A stretch of 64,000 nt of DNA from Octopus sinensis (Eukaryota), in assembly GCF_006345805.1 (NCBI RefSeq), contig NC_042997.1, positions 16,864,001 to 16,928,000 on the forward strand, written 5' to 3'. Under the pieces are notes generated by a model. That model saw only the letters and a program-made list of their open reading frames with translations. It was not told where the DNA came from and made no database searches. Each line of letters starts with the position of its first letter. The stretch's first letter is position 1. Both the position numbers and the translations under genes were made by a program. Of the stretch, positions 40,801 to 53,675 are shown piece by piece.

Positions 40801-43800
40801 ATGGTCAAAATTGTTGGCTATTATACATGGTTAGTGGAAAATAATGGCATCTATATTAATTGATGGTTTCTGCTAGCATGGTGAATGACTAAACCTTACT
40901 GTCTTTTTGTATGTTCATCTTACCACACACATATACATACACAGAGCATGTGTGTGTGTGAAGGAATAAATTGTACTTGCATGCATAATCATTTGTGAAT
41001 ATATATGTGTTCATGAGGGTGCATGCCACCATCACCACCACCACGACCACCATAACACCCCCCACCACCACAATAACAACCCCCCACAACCATAACATCC
41101 CCACACCACCACTATCAAGAGCATCATCATCATCAGTGTCACTGATTTCACTATCATCATTTTTGCATACACTTTCGCTTGCTTGTATATATTTTGTGTA
41201 TACATTCACACACACACACAACACACAGACACATACACACACAAATGCATGCATGCATACATACATACATACATACATACATAAATAAATACATACATAC
41301 ATACATGCATTCATTCATTTGTTCATTTTGCATCCATTTTTGCATGCTAACATGACTAAGATAAACACATATTACTGAAGTATTGTTTTATAGCTAGGCC
41401 TCTTTCATATCCCTAACTCTTAGCTGTTTTTCAAGTGAGGGATCTTTCATTACACTCGTCTTTGAAAGTACTGAAGTATAAGTAGCAGATGATTTTTTGA
41501 TAGAGAATGTTAAAAACCTCACCACCTATAGTACAGCATTTTTCAAGCAAGGTGCAGCTTGTAAACATTCATAAAGTTATATGCACATGCAAACATACTT
41601 ACAAAATATATAACTTTTATAAACTTGTGTAGTTCCAATAAGAAGTGACTCAGATCCTGACAAACCATCTAACCTATGTAGGTATGGAAAGCAAATGTAA
41701 AATATATATATGAATCCATTTCCATGACCTATCTCATCATTTGTTACCCCTACTTAACCCATGCCATCAAGATTCTCACTTTGTTCACCAACTTTTCATA
41801 TCAATCACACCAGTATTACTCTTCTCTTTCCCTTTGTCTCTGCTATTATTTCAGCCAACAATGTTCCCTTCATTTTGCTCTTTAATATTATTTTCTCACA
41901 ACTATGGTCTATTTCTTCAATTATACTTTAATACCTACTTTTTCAATCAGGGGAGCTTCCTTTCACCGTGTGAACTACAAGGTAATCCCAGTGGTGCTGA
42001 TACCACATAAAAAGTACACAGTATAATTTCTAAGTGATTAGTAAATCAAATCAAATTGCAACAATGCAGAACTGAGAAGGCTCTTTAGTTTTGCTAAAGA
42101 CAAAATAACCTAGTGTTTGTGTTGTTAAAAGTACCTAGTATACTCTGTAAAGTGGCTGATATTAGGAAAGGTATTCAGCTATAGAAATCATGTCCAAACA
42201 GACATCATTAAAGCATTATGTAGTCTTCCAACCTATCTGATCCTGTTGAGCTGTCTAACCCATGTCAGTATACAAAATTGATGTATAATAATGATGATGG
42301 TATACACACATACACACATACACGTGTGCACATACACATGCACACTCATACATCATGGGTTTATAAACAATTCTAAATTCACCCAGAAGACATTAGTTGG
42401 CCCAAAGCTATAGTAGACAGCACTGGACCAAGGTGCAGTTCTGTAGAACTGAACCCAAAACTATATGCGGCTAAGAAGTGAACTCCTGCACCTTCCTCTC
42501 TCTCTTGGTCTCTCTCTCTCACTTGCCCTCTCTCTCTCTCTTGCTCTCTCTCTCTCCCCACTCATATACATATATAAATATGTATGATCATTTATTAAAA
42601 TGTGCATGCGTGTATGGAGCCTGTGTCCATCTGCCTGTCTGTTGGCTATAGACAAATTCAATTTAATTGCATATGGATGTGTTTATCTTATTAGAGCATA
42701 GGATGCATGTATATATGTGTACTTCTACACACATTCACACACACTCGTGCACATACATAATCACTACATATGAAGAAAGAAGCATGCTGTGGTAATTTTG
42801 AGCATCTGGCCAATTTTTTCTTTGATCTATCAATGTCAAGTTAGTCTTCCACATTTGCTTAACTAATTCAGCTATATCCTGTCCAGTTGGGTAACTTGTT
42901 TATATGCCACTCATAACCAGCTTGCTCCAGTTAGAAGATTATATGAGATATAAAGAATTAGGTCGCTTTCAGAAATCCAGTTGACACAGCAAAATTGAAG
43001 GCCATTATTCAGACCCTTACAGCCTACAGTTATTTCCAATACTGTTGTTGATCTTGAAGCTGTTGTTATATTTTTCTTATTTTCATTATCATTACCATCA
43101 CTGTTATTTCTCTATGGGAAAAATTTCCCCTAATTATATCTGGCAGACTAGGAAAATTAAATTGCATCACAGATTGAATCAATCAGTAATGGAATTTGAC
43201 AGCTTACCACTAAGCCATGTTAACATCTTAAAATATTAAAATACTTATTTGTGAAAGTATATTGTGTGTGTGTATATATATATGTATGCAATGTATGTAT
43301 GTGTGCATTCACACAATAATTACAGAACCACAAAACTACTTTCACACATGCATATATGTATGTATGTATGTATGTATACGTGTGTATATATTATATATAT
43401 ATTATATATATATATGTATTATATATATATATATTTAAAATATATATAATATATATGTATTATATATATCATCATCATCGTTTAGTGTCCGTTTTCCATG
43501 CTGGCATTGTGTGTGTATATATATATATATATATATTATATACATCATTTATCAGATATTATGGATAAACACATATTAAGCAAGACCTATTATATTCCTT
43601 TTTATGACTGGTTTCTTCATTCCCTCTTTCCACTGCCTAAGACCTTATATCTGTGTGTAAAGAAGTAGAAGTAAGGTATTTACTCATTGCATCAGTGGTT
43701 TGAGTTCAGATTCTGTTTGTGATCACTATGTCTTTTGACTTATATGTATTACATTTATAGTTTCTGTATCTATTATCAACATCCTCATCCTGATCACTCC

Positions 43801-43888
43801 CAACTCTATGACTATCATTAACAAGCCAATGACAGCTTCTGCAAGATTAACTGACCTGCTACAAATAACAGCCAAGTTTCCCTCAAAC

Positions 43889-44009
43889 AAGAGTACAGCT
43901 GGGATTGCCACCATCCCCTGCTGGAGCCTCGTGGAGCTTTAGGGGTTTTCGCTCAATAAACACTCACAAAGTGAGTCCGCTGTCCTAACCACTGGGCCAT
44001 TGTGCCTCC
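43889..44009 (-). mobile_element. tRNA-headed SINE 5' fragment with internal deletion
   Basis: Minus strand ggaggcacaatggcccagtggttaggacagcggactc...gagtgtttattgagcg...aagctccacgaggctcc. Confidence 0.6.
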
Positions 44010-44160
44010 ATATATATATATATATATGGCGTTGGAAGACTACATAATGCTTTAATGATGTCTGTTTCGACATGATTTCTATAGCTGAATACCCTTCCTA
44101 ATACCAGCCACTTTACAGAGTATACTAGGTACTTTTAACAACACAAACATATATATAATA

Positions 44161-44295
44161 TGGCGTTAGGAAGGGCATCCAGCCGTAGAAACACTGCCAG
44201 ATCAGACTGGGCCTGATGCAGCCTTCTGGCCTCACAGACCCCAGTTGAACCGTCCAACCCATGCTAGCATGGAAAGCGGATGCTAAATGATGATG
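44161..44295 (+). mobile_element. Retroposon family C 3' fragment
   Basis: ggcgttaggaagggcatccagccgtagaaac...catggaaagcggatgctaaatgatgatga. Confidence 0.85.
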
Positions 44296-44315
44296 ATATA
44301 CATACATATAAATAT

Positions 44316-44359
<44 letters not shown>

Positions 44360-44714
44360 TATTTATAATACATTCAGGCCTGCTGATGATTATGTAAGTA
44401 TGAAATCACTGTGATACAGGCCTATATTTTTAAATGTCTTACTTTGAAAAATTGCATTCGGTGGGATTAGTAATATTTTTGGTAGAAATGACTGATTGTC
44501 CCTCTTAGCGTTTGGCATGTATATACAATGCTTCCTGGCATGTATGTATAATGCCCTCTATATATAAATTAATATGTTCAATAAGAAATAATTTTTTTTC
44601 GAAATTTTTTCTCTTATGAGGTTTTTACGCTATCTACCTGACAATTTCTTGTTAAGTTTTCCTTATTAAGTAGTTGTCCTTAATTGCTATATATATATAT
44701 ATATTATATATATA

Positions 44715-44749
<35 letters not shown>

Positions 44750-44752
<3 letters not shown>

Positions 44753-44885
44753 GACAGGCTTCTTTCAGTTTCCCTCTACCAAATCCACTCACAAGGCTTT
44801 GATTGGCCCAAGGTTATAGTAGAAAACACTTGCTCAATATGCCATGCAGTGGGACTGAACCTGGAACCATGTGGCTGAGAAGCAT
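44750..44885 (-). mobile_element. SINE family A 5' half
   Basis: acgacaggcttctttcagtttcc...gggactgaacctggaaccatgtgg. Confidence 0.8.
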
Positions 44886-46089
44886 ATTTTATGTGTTTTT
44901 CTGCTATATTTTGAGTCTTTATACTGAAGCTATCTGGTGTTTGAACTTTGGGTTTACAAATTGGACTGACATCATCATCATCATCATTTAACAGATTACA
45001 ATGGTTCTCCCTGGACAATTCAGTAAACTGAGTTTGATCCCTACAGAGTGCTCTTAAAGTATTTGCCTAGATTTTAATCCTTTTTTCCTTTGTGGTACAC
45101 GTGTATGTGTGTGTGTGTGTGTGTGTGTATAAAGCAAGGGGAAAAAGAATTAGGAAAATAATATAAAGACATAGCAACCATATTAATAGCTACAAAGAAT
45201 AAAAAGCTTAACTGTTAGATGAAATACTCCAGAAAGAGTCTTTTTAATTTACAACCATAGGTGGTTGTTAGATAGTAAACAAACAATGAGTATTTGGGAG
45301 AGAACAAGCAATAATACCATTTTCATAGTTCTAGATTAGTTTCTTTTCATATCAGATAAATCAACAGTAGTCATCTCCAGGTCACGGACAATTTTAGAAT
45401 CCATATGAAAACAACACTCACTATTTTCAGTCACCAATGGCTTCTTATCAGCTCTCCAACACAGAAAAGCAAGCTTATACTTTGATGACAAGTGGAACAA
45501 TAGCTGAGTGTTGAAATACACACCTGATTGTTTAATATATCAATTCTATTACAAGGTCATCATTGACTTATTCATTTATAAGCAATATGTATGGAGCTAT
45601 ATTTTTAGATTCTTTTCTTGGTGAATATTTTTTTTTTATAGTGGATGAATCTCAGTCTTTCCATCTGCTTAGCTGGTGGGCTTGTAAAATAAAACAAATT
45701 TAATAACAAAGAAAAAGAAAATCATGGAAAGAAAGCACTATTTTGCGAGTATTGTTCAGAATTTTTAAGTGTAATTGTTATCCATACCTTCCGTCAAATT
45801 TAGAAACATTAAATGAAAGAATCTCTGAGAAGCCATTCAATCTACACAGGAATAAGAAAAGGATGCATACCTCTAAAAAGACAGTTGTTATGGCTAGAAT
45901 ACGTTTGAAAATAGGTATGCTAAACAACCTACTATCTTCAGTAAATACATACGCACATACATACATACATACATACATACATACATACATACATACATAC
46001 ATACACACACATATATGCATGCATGCATGTATATATGTATGTATGTATGTACGTACGTGTGTATGTATGTACACACACACACACAAGCA

Positions 46090-47281
46090 CAGATGCAGCA
46101 GAAGTAAATAGACATCCCATAAAACAGTTTTATGTTCATTCTAACTTATAATGGTTTAGATTTTTTTTATTAATTGACATTTTTATGTTTCAGGTTCTAT
46201 ATATGACTGTTTAATCATGCCATGTACAAATGAAGCTTTGGAACTGTCTGATTTTCAAAAAGGCTGTATTGTGGGTCATTCTGAAGGTGGACATAGTCAG
46301 TGTAAAATAACAGAAAACTTTGGGGTCCCAGAGTTCACATCACCTCACCCAGGTCGACCAGGGCTCTCTGACAGGACCCTTCCCTTTACTAAGAGAAGTG
46401 TGGAGGAGAATCCTCATTGAAAGCTTCTGACAAACCAGAATAAGTTGATGTCAGTCCCAGAACAGCTGTCAGGTATCTCCACAAACTTAGTTACTATGGC
46501 AGAGCAGCAAGAAGGAAGCCACTTCTTTGACCAGTCAACATCAAGCAGAGAAAAGATTGGGCCAGTGAGATGGTGGAGAGGCCGCTAACATTTTGGGACA
46601 ATGTCATATTCTCTGGTGAGTCCAGATTTGCTGTATTTCCTAACAGTGGATGAGTGTGGGTCTGTAGACTGCGATCAAGAAATTGATGTGAAAAGATTGC
46701 AGCCAACAATGAAACATGGCAGCTAGTCTGTGATGGTCTGAGGAGCAATTTGGAGCAATGGTTGATAAGAGTTGGTGGAGTGTGAGGGAAACATAAACTC
46801 AGATACATGCGTCCATATTACAGAAAGGACTCCTTCCAATCTTCTACAGTGGTGAAATGATTAAAGAAGACTTTATTTATGGAAGATGGAGCTACTTGTC
46901 ACATGGCTAAAATGACCCAAGGTTTATTGGATGAGAATGGTATTAAAAAGCTTCTATGGTCAAGCCAGTCAACAGATATGAACCTTATTGAACAAATCTG
47001 GGACATAATGGACAGGACACTTCATAAAAAGAAGAAAAAAGCATATTAAAAGCCAGATCTTTTGAGATTACTGAATAAAAATCTTAGCAAGAAATTCTGC
47101 AAGAGAATATTCGTCTCTGATCCGTAACATGCCTAATAGGGTCCTTGCATTGAAAAAGTACATGCCTACTAAATATTGAATATTCACATTATAACAATTA
47201 ATTGATAATTTGAATGTATAATTTCAAATTTAAAGAAATTTTAATGATTACAAGGGTGTCTATTTACTTTTGTCATGTCTG
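46090..47281 (+). mobile_element. Decayed Tc1-like (DD34E) transposon with both TIRs
   Basis: TIRs CAGATGCAGCAGAAGTAAATAGACATCC / rc CAGACATGACAAAAGTAAATAGACACCC. Broken frames: ELSDFQKGCIVG, YGRAARRKPLL, WDNVIFSGESRF, MEDGATCH, QSTDMNLIEQIW. Confidence 0.85.
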
Positions 47282-47303
47282 TATGTATGTATGTATGTGT
47301 ATA

Positions 47304-47353
<50 letters not shown>

Positions 47354-47357
<4 letters not shown>

Positions 47358-48066
47358 GGAAGGTTTGAAAATGCAAAGGTCTTTTAGAGATGTTTACTGA
47401 CTTGACCGGTTTCACTTTTTTGCAAAAAGATTATCAAAAGTAAAATGTAAAGCTTTGTATAAGCTTTGTTGTGTTAAGTACTGGTTATCACAAAAGTATT
47501 AAAATACAGTTATACAGTCTTTGATAATGATAAGAAAATGTTAAAAACAGTTTACAAGAAAGTATTCAAGAAAGGGACTGCAGTAAATATTTTGAGCTCA
47601 ATAAAAAAACATGTTTGTTTGGTAGTATATATATATATATATATATATAGAAGGAGATATTTAAGTATTTACAAAAAATTGGAGAAGAATAACTGACCTG
47701 TCTGTCTGACATTTTCTGTCTTGTGTATGACAGTTCAGTTATTCCTCTCCAATTTTTTGTGAACTCTTAAATATAGCTCCTTCTGTATATATATAATACC
47801 AAACAAACATGATTTTTATTGAACTCAAAATACTTATTATAGTCCCTTTCTTGAATACTTTCTTGTAAACTGTTTTTAGCATTTTCTTATCATTATCAAA
47901 TACTGTATGACTGTATTTTAATACTTTTGTGATAACCAGTACTTAACACACCAAGGCTTATACAAAGCTTTACATTTTACTTTTGATAATCTTTTTATAA
48001 AAAAGTGAAGTCAGTCAAGTCAATAAACATCTGTAAAAGACCTTTGCATTTTCAAACCTTCTTTCA
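47354..48066. mobile_element. ~710-bp foldback element/MITE made almost entirely of two inverted arms, TA-flanked
   Basis: Left arm tgaaggaaggtttgaaaatgcaaaggtctttt...gaataactgacctgtc is collinear with the rc of right arm gacagttcagttattc...aaaagacctttgcattttcaaaccttctttca. Arms ~340 bp, spacer ~25-30 nt, roughly 85-90% identical by eye. Confidence 0.9.
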
Positions 48067-48098
48067 TATATATTTTCACTCGTGCAGTACCTTACAAC

Positions 48099-48145
<47 letters not shown>

Positions 48146-48158
48146 ATGTATGTATGTA

Positions 48159-48209
<51 letters not shown>

Positions 48210-48250
48210 ATGTATGTATGTATGCATGCATGCATGCATGCATGTACGTA

Positions 48251-48430
48251 CTTTATTAAAAAGCAGCAGAAACATCACAAAAACTGTTTCACATTCCTGT
48301 TTGTCCAATGAACGGGAATGTGAAACTTTGAGTAACAGTTTTTGTGATATTTTTTGCTGCTGTTTAATAAAGCATATTACTCTACCTCTGGTATTCGAGT
48401 ACTTTTTTCTACCTTGTTTTGCATTTATGT
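48251..48430 (+). mobile_element. PLE-like terminus with inverted partial duplication (122-bp hairpin) and degenerate hammerhead
   Basis: ctttattaaaaagcagcagaaacatcacaaaaactgtt pairs with aacagtttttgtgatattttttgctgctgtttaataaag; gtttcacattcc pairs with ggaatgtgaaac. Motif TGT-CCAATGA-ACG-GGAA-TGT-GAAA-CTTTGAGT-A-ACA at 48302-48337. Confidence 0.55.
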
Positions 48431-48460
48431 GCTTACTCTGTATATATGTATATAAATATA

Positions 48461-48521
<61 letters not shown>

Positions 48522-48710
48522 ACACACACACACACACATACATATACACACACACACACATACACACACACACACACATACAGATAGTTCACAGACAGAT
48601 AAGATCCAGATATTCTCCATATAGAAGACATTTAGTGGAGCTCAAAAAATTCTAATGTAGACTCTGGTGTCTTTACAAGGGATCATTCTATGTAAAGGCT
48701 ATAAGTTGGA

Positions 48711-49407
48711 TCAGATTGAGTTTGATGATAAGCTCCTTGAGGCATTACTTGAAGAAAATCGTGCATTATCAGTTGAAGAAATGGCAATAAAGCCTAGTTC
48801 AAACCATACAACTGTTCATTGTCATTTTCAACAACTTGAAAAGGTTCCTAAACTTCATGGAAAAAATGTTCTTTCTATCTGGTGGGATTGCAAAAGAGTA
48901 ATTCACTTTGCATTGTTACCACCTAATGCAACAATCAATTCTCAAGTCTACTGTCAGCAATTAGAGTGTTTGAACCAAGCTTTGAAGAAAAAGAGACTTG
49001 CTTTAGTGAATTGAAAAGGAATGATGTTTCATCAGGACAATGCACGACCCAACACTGAAAAGATCACATCACAGAAGATCGAAGAGCTTGGTTGGGAAAA
49101 AATTCCTCTTCCACCTTATTCTCCTGGCCTTGCTCCTTCAGACTACCATTTGTTTTGTAGTTTACAGAATCATTTGGGGGACATGAGTTTTGCAAGCCAG
49201 GAGGAGGTCGAAACTGATATTTCAGAGTTCTTCGCTTTGAAACCAAAAGAGTTTTACATTGATGGGATTAAAAAGCTTGCAAATAGATGGAAGGAAGTCA
49301 TAGATAATCAGGGAAAGTACATTGATGATTAAATTTCAATTAAATATAACATTTGATCACTTGTTTTCTTTATTCAAAATTCGGACAGAACTTATGGGTT
49401 GACCTGA
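48711..49407 (+). mobile_element. 5'-truncated, internally deleted mariner (DD34D) transposon with right TIR
   Basis: IEFDDKLLEALLEEN...KNVLSIWWDCK...YCQQL...N*KGMMFHQDNARP...PPYSPGLAPSDYHLF...RWKEVIDNQGKYIDD. D34D spacing counted. The WVPHEL motif and first Asp are deleted; stop at 49012. TIR ...cagaacttatgggttgacctga|TA. Confidence 0.9.
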
Positions 49408-51129
49408 TATACATATTTTGTATTTGATGTATTTAATATATTTGATGTGTCTAATTTGTTTATCACCCATAATTGCTTATACCTGCCTGCCTGCCTGCCT
49501 ACCTACCTACCCGCCCACTGTACTTCTCTCTTCTAGAAGAAATCAGCTGTGGTTTGAATTGGAGAGGTATAAGTTTTGCTTCATCAAGCCGCTGAATATT
49601 CTTTGCACATATGTATTCCCTTAAATAGCCATAATTAATGAACAATATTGAGAATGATGATGGTTTAGGGAAGGATGATTTAAGAAAAGATTTTATAATC
49701 AGACAAATGGACAGCCATGACACTGGCAGGCCATATATGATCTTTGAAAGATAGACACATCAACTATGACTTCAAATGGAGAGAACTCAAGAGGCCCAAG
49801 GCCTTTTTAAATGGAATTAAAAAGTACAGATTTTGTTTAACAAATTTACAACGCTTAGAAGTTAATAGCTGTCTTAATTCTTAAAAATGATATTTTCATA
49901 AGATGTCCTCATTGTAGACAGATACATATTAGCCAATTGAAAAGCTCAAACTCTGGACCTCAAACATCTCATATGTCCATAATATTTTTTCTTTTCCTCT
50001 TTTCTTTGTGTCCCTTTAAAGAAACACATATGCCTATGTGTTTGTGTGTTTGAACATATTTCTATGTGTAAACATAAAGCTATATATAAAGTAAATATTT
50101 TCTGGTTGGTTTTGGTGAGGAGTTGTTTGATCATCTGAAGTAGCTGTTAATTGAATTAGCTTATAAGTGGCTGAGCATTCTTCTGATATATGTACCCTTG
50201 ATGTAATCCTTAGGGAGAGTTAGTTTATAACAATGTGTTTAACAAGGCTAGACCAATGGATTAGAAGTACAGTTCACTTGATGGGCTCTCATATAGTTTC
50301 AGTGTATCCAGTTTCATTCCAAAAGCCTGGATTAGGGGTAACCTGTAACTGTAGAAAAATACACTTTCTTGAGAGCCACATGGTGAGATCAAACTTGGGA
50401 CCTCATGATGGTGAATCAAACTTCTTAACAATTTGGCTGTTCTGTGGAAAATGATGATGATGATGATGTGTGTGTATGCGTGCACATACACACACATATA
50501 TATGCTTTTATAAATGTATTTCCCCTCGATAGTCAACATGTCTTGGGTGATGATAGATAAGATAGCCTTTATAGATTTAATATCATATCGATAAACATCA
50601 TTCATTCAAATGTGACAATAATATCAGTTTTAGGACAAAGTATTTCAACTATTAATGTTAACTAAACATCTCTAATTGTTTAGAATTATAGGTTTTCTGC
50701 TGTCAATATTCATTATCTGATTGCAAAGCTACACATTTTTTATTCATGATTTTTCCCATGATAGTAAGCATAATATAGGACTGAAAACATGAGCAGGAAT
50801 TCTTGAAGTTACTGATTTAGATTTAGAAGCTCATTTCCACCTAAGACATCTACACATTTTTCCAGAAGAAAAACCTTTCACAGTTACTTGATCAGCTAGA
50901 AACAGCAGCCAAGTATCTTACATGCCACACTACAGTCTTAAAAAATGGAATACATTGGATAATATAGTCTTAAATGCACTATGTTTGAAAAAAATATGGT
51001 CATGATTGAAATACTTTTGACCATAGACCTATCTACTTTATTATGTTGTGACCTTATTTAAGGTTACAACATAATGTTTCTTGAGAAGGCCAATCCATTG
51101 ACTTGTATACTACCAAACACTTCTAGGCA

Positions 51130-51560
51130 CTATAATATCTCAGGAGAAAAGAATGTTAGCTGTCTTTAGGTCTTCTTCAAGTAGTCATGACCATTATGCT
51201 TCCCCGCATCACATCAGGACTATCCAACCTCTCAACAAGCTAGTATGTGCTCAGTCTCATGCTATGCATCTCTACAAATAACATCAATGCAGCTGAGTGG
51301 TCTTCACCCACTACCTACTAGAATGTGAACATTTCTAACAAATAACATCCAGCTTGGCTTGTTGTTCAGCATGATAGTAGTGACCAGCAAAGCCAAACCC
51401 ACCCTGAGCTTCAACTGCCGAAATATCCTCTGCCTTCATGGGAAGACTGAATGCAAACCTAAAGTGCCTGTGGTAGGGTTTGAAACATCTAGTAATTCAG
51501 TGTTTCAAAGTCAGCAGAACTGGCCTTCTTCAGAGCATGGGTCGAAAGCATTTTTTTCAG
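51130..51560 (-). pseudogene. Degenerate RTE-type LINE 3' fragment
   Basis: Weak similarity to the RTE RT C-terminus (HRHFRF..., GxRPLSCIDVICRD). Multiple stops. Confidence 0.35.
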
Positions 51561-52906
51561 TGAAGCCAGAGACTGGGCAGTGATGGGAACGTCAAGATTT
51601 TGCACATGCCAAGTTTCTTATGTTTTATGTAAATAATTACTAATTAAAATTATCCACTCTGGTGAAAAAAATTGGCAGAGGAGGCAACCTAAAATATTAA
51701 TTAAAATTAATTAAATATAGAATGTTATGGGAAGTATGGACATGTTTGGGAAGTATGACAACTATGAAAATGTTTTGATCATATTGAAGCTCCTCAGAGA
51801 AATATAGTCTAACTATTACTATACATCTTAGTTGACTAGAAAACTGAGATGTGGTGTAGTAGTAACTTAAAGATTTTGCATAATTATCTTTATAACCTAA
51901 TTATTATTATAGTCTCTAAATCTTCTGTTCCTCTACCATCTTTGGGATTTTTATTTTTGCTAGCCACCATATCACTATAGTGTTGATACTAACTAAAATT
52001 GATTAATCTGAGAACATTTTCATGAAATAGTTGTTTGCAATATAGCTATATAACATTTGAAAATATGTAAATGTTCATTGAGTAAAGCCACACCCATTTT
52101 AAGTTTGATGTTAAGTTGAATAGTTAATCATAAGCTCCTAAGTTCTAAAGGGACATGCTGACAAGCATAAGGCATAAGCTTCTGAACTCTTTTAATTTTC
52201 TGGTTCACACCACACCATAAAGAGAAGAATTCTATGTTGGCACTGATAATTTGTATTATAAATAGTCGATTCAATTGTTAGTTTATGCATCAGGAGATTG
52301 CAGTCCTGGTTGCATAGAAATTAAACAAGTTTATAAATGGATCTTATCCAATAACAAATTGTTGAATTATGCAATAAAACAACTGGAAGATGAATAAAGC
52401 TTGTGTGATCGGTAGAATATATGAATAAGAAATCACAATTAGGGTCAAGACCATAATAGGGGAATTACAGACAAGTCACATTGCCCCATTGTAATTGAAT
52501 TTTATTTCACTGACTTGACTATGTTGTGAGAAATTTACTTGCTTTCACATTTGAATAACATATGGGTTTAAAGGTTAGAATATACTGTGGACTTGATTGG
52601 ATATCTTGACAAAAGAATACCCAGTCTCTCATAATGTAAAGTGAATTACTGCACAGCCAGTGGGGGTTTCTAACTACGTTAAATATTACCAATACAGATC
52701 ACATTTTGAGAGAGAGAGAGAGAAAGCGAGAGAGAGGGAGAGAGAGAGAAAGTAATTTTGTTGATTATAATTTCATGTACACGTATGTGAATATAAATAT
52801 CTTTGTATATAGATATGGATATATGTTAATATGTATATACGAATATGCATGTAGATAATATACAATATATAATACATAACTATATAAATGCATATATAAT
52901 TAAATT

Positions 52907-52939
<33 letters not shown>

Positions 52940-52982
52940 CATGTATATGTAGTTGTCTACATATATATGCATATATATATAT

Positions 52983-53293
52983 AGTCAGAAAAAACAGGCA
53001 CTCATATATTTGTTAATAGAGTGTGAATATCATTATTAATAAAATACAATATCATATTTTCATATCAATCAGTTTCATGCAAAAGTTGAGATAATCCAGG
53101 CAATCATCAGAAAAACACTGAAAGGAACTGTATGGTGTGGTTCTTTACATTCAACCTTTACTGATGATAACTGGAGTTATTGTAACTCGTGTGTGAAACT
53201 TAGTGGTAAAGTCGCTGATATGAAAATGTATTTTATTTAAAATATTATACTTACTCTGTTAACCAATATATGAGTGAATGTTTTTTTCTGACT
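52983..53293. mobile_element. ~310-bp foldback of a PLE-like terminus with two inverted degenerate hammerhead cores
   Basis: agtcagaaaaaacaggcactcatatatttgttaatagagt vs rc of actctgttaaccaatatatgagtgaatgttttttttctgact. CTGATGA at 53161 (+) with GAAA at 53195; tcatcag at 53104-53110 with tttc at 53073 (minus-strand core). Confidence 0.6.
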
Positions 53294-53339
53294 CATAGAT
53301 TTTGAGACAAGTATATACATAGCATTGTACTACCAACAG

Positions 53340-53550
53340 TTCTCTATACCAGAGAGACATGGGAGAGAAATGTGAAAATTGACAGAAAGAAAGATAGATG
53401 TGTTCCACCAAAGATGCTTGAGAATGATTCTGAGAATGTTCTAACTAGACCACATAACTGATGAAGACATCCTAAAGAGAGCCAACACAAAGCCACTTGT
53501 TGAAATTCATCATAGAACAAAGATTAAAACTAGCAAGTCACATACTCTAG
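53340..53550 (+). pseudogene. RTE-clade LINE RT C-terminal fragment
   Basis: LYTRETW...KIDVFHQRCLRMILRMF*LDHITDEDILKRANTKPLVE.IIEQRLKLASHIL. Confidence 0.75.
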
Positions 53551-53627
53551 TTACCAGAACAACACTATTCTATAACAGCTTTCACTACAAGAAAAAAAAA
53601 AGAAAGGAAGATCAAAAACTTTATACC

Positions 53628-53675
53628 GTCTCTGATGAAGGGATATCCCTAATATCCCAGAAACATCTGTAAGAC
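53628..53675 (+). ncRNA. Minimal type I hammerhead ribozyme-like motif (PLE type)
   Basis: GTCT-CTGATGA(53632-53638)-A-GGGATAT-CCCTA-ATATCCC-A-GAAA-C-ATCT-GT-A-AGAC: 4-bp stem I, 7-bp stem II, 2-bp stem III, GUA triplet ending 53671. Confidence 0.65.
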
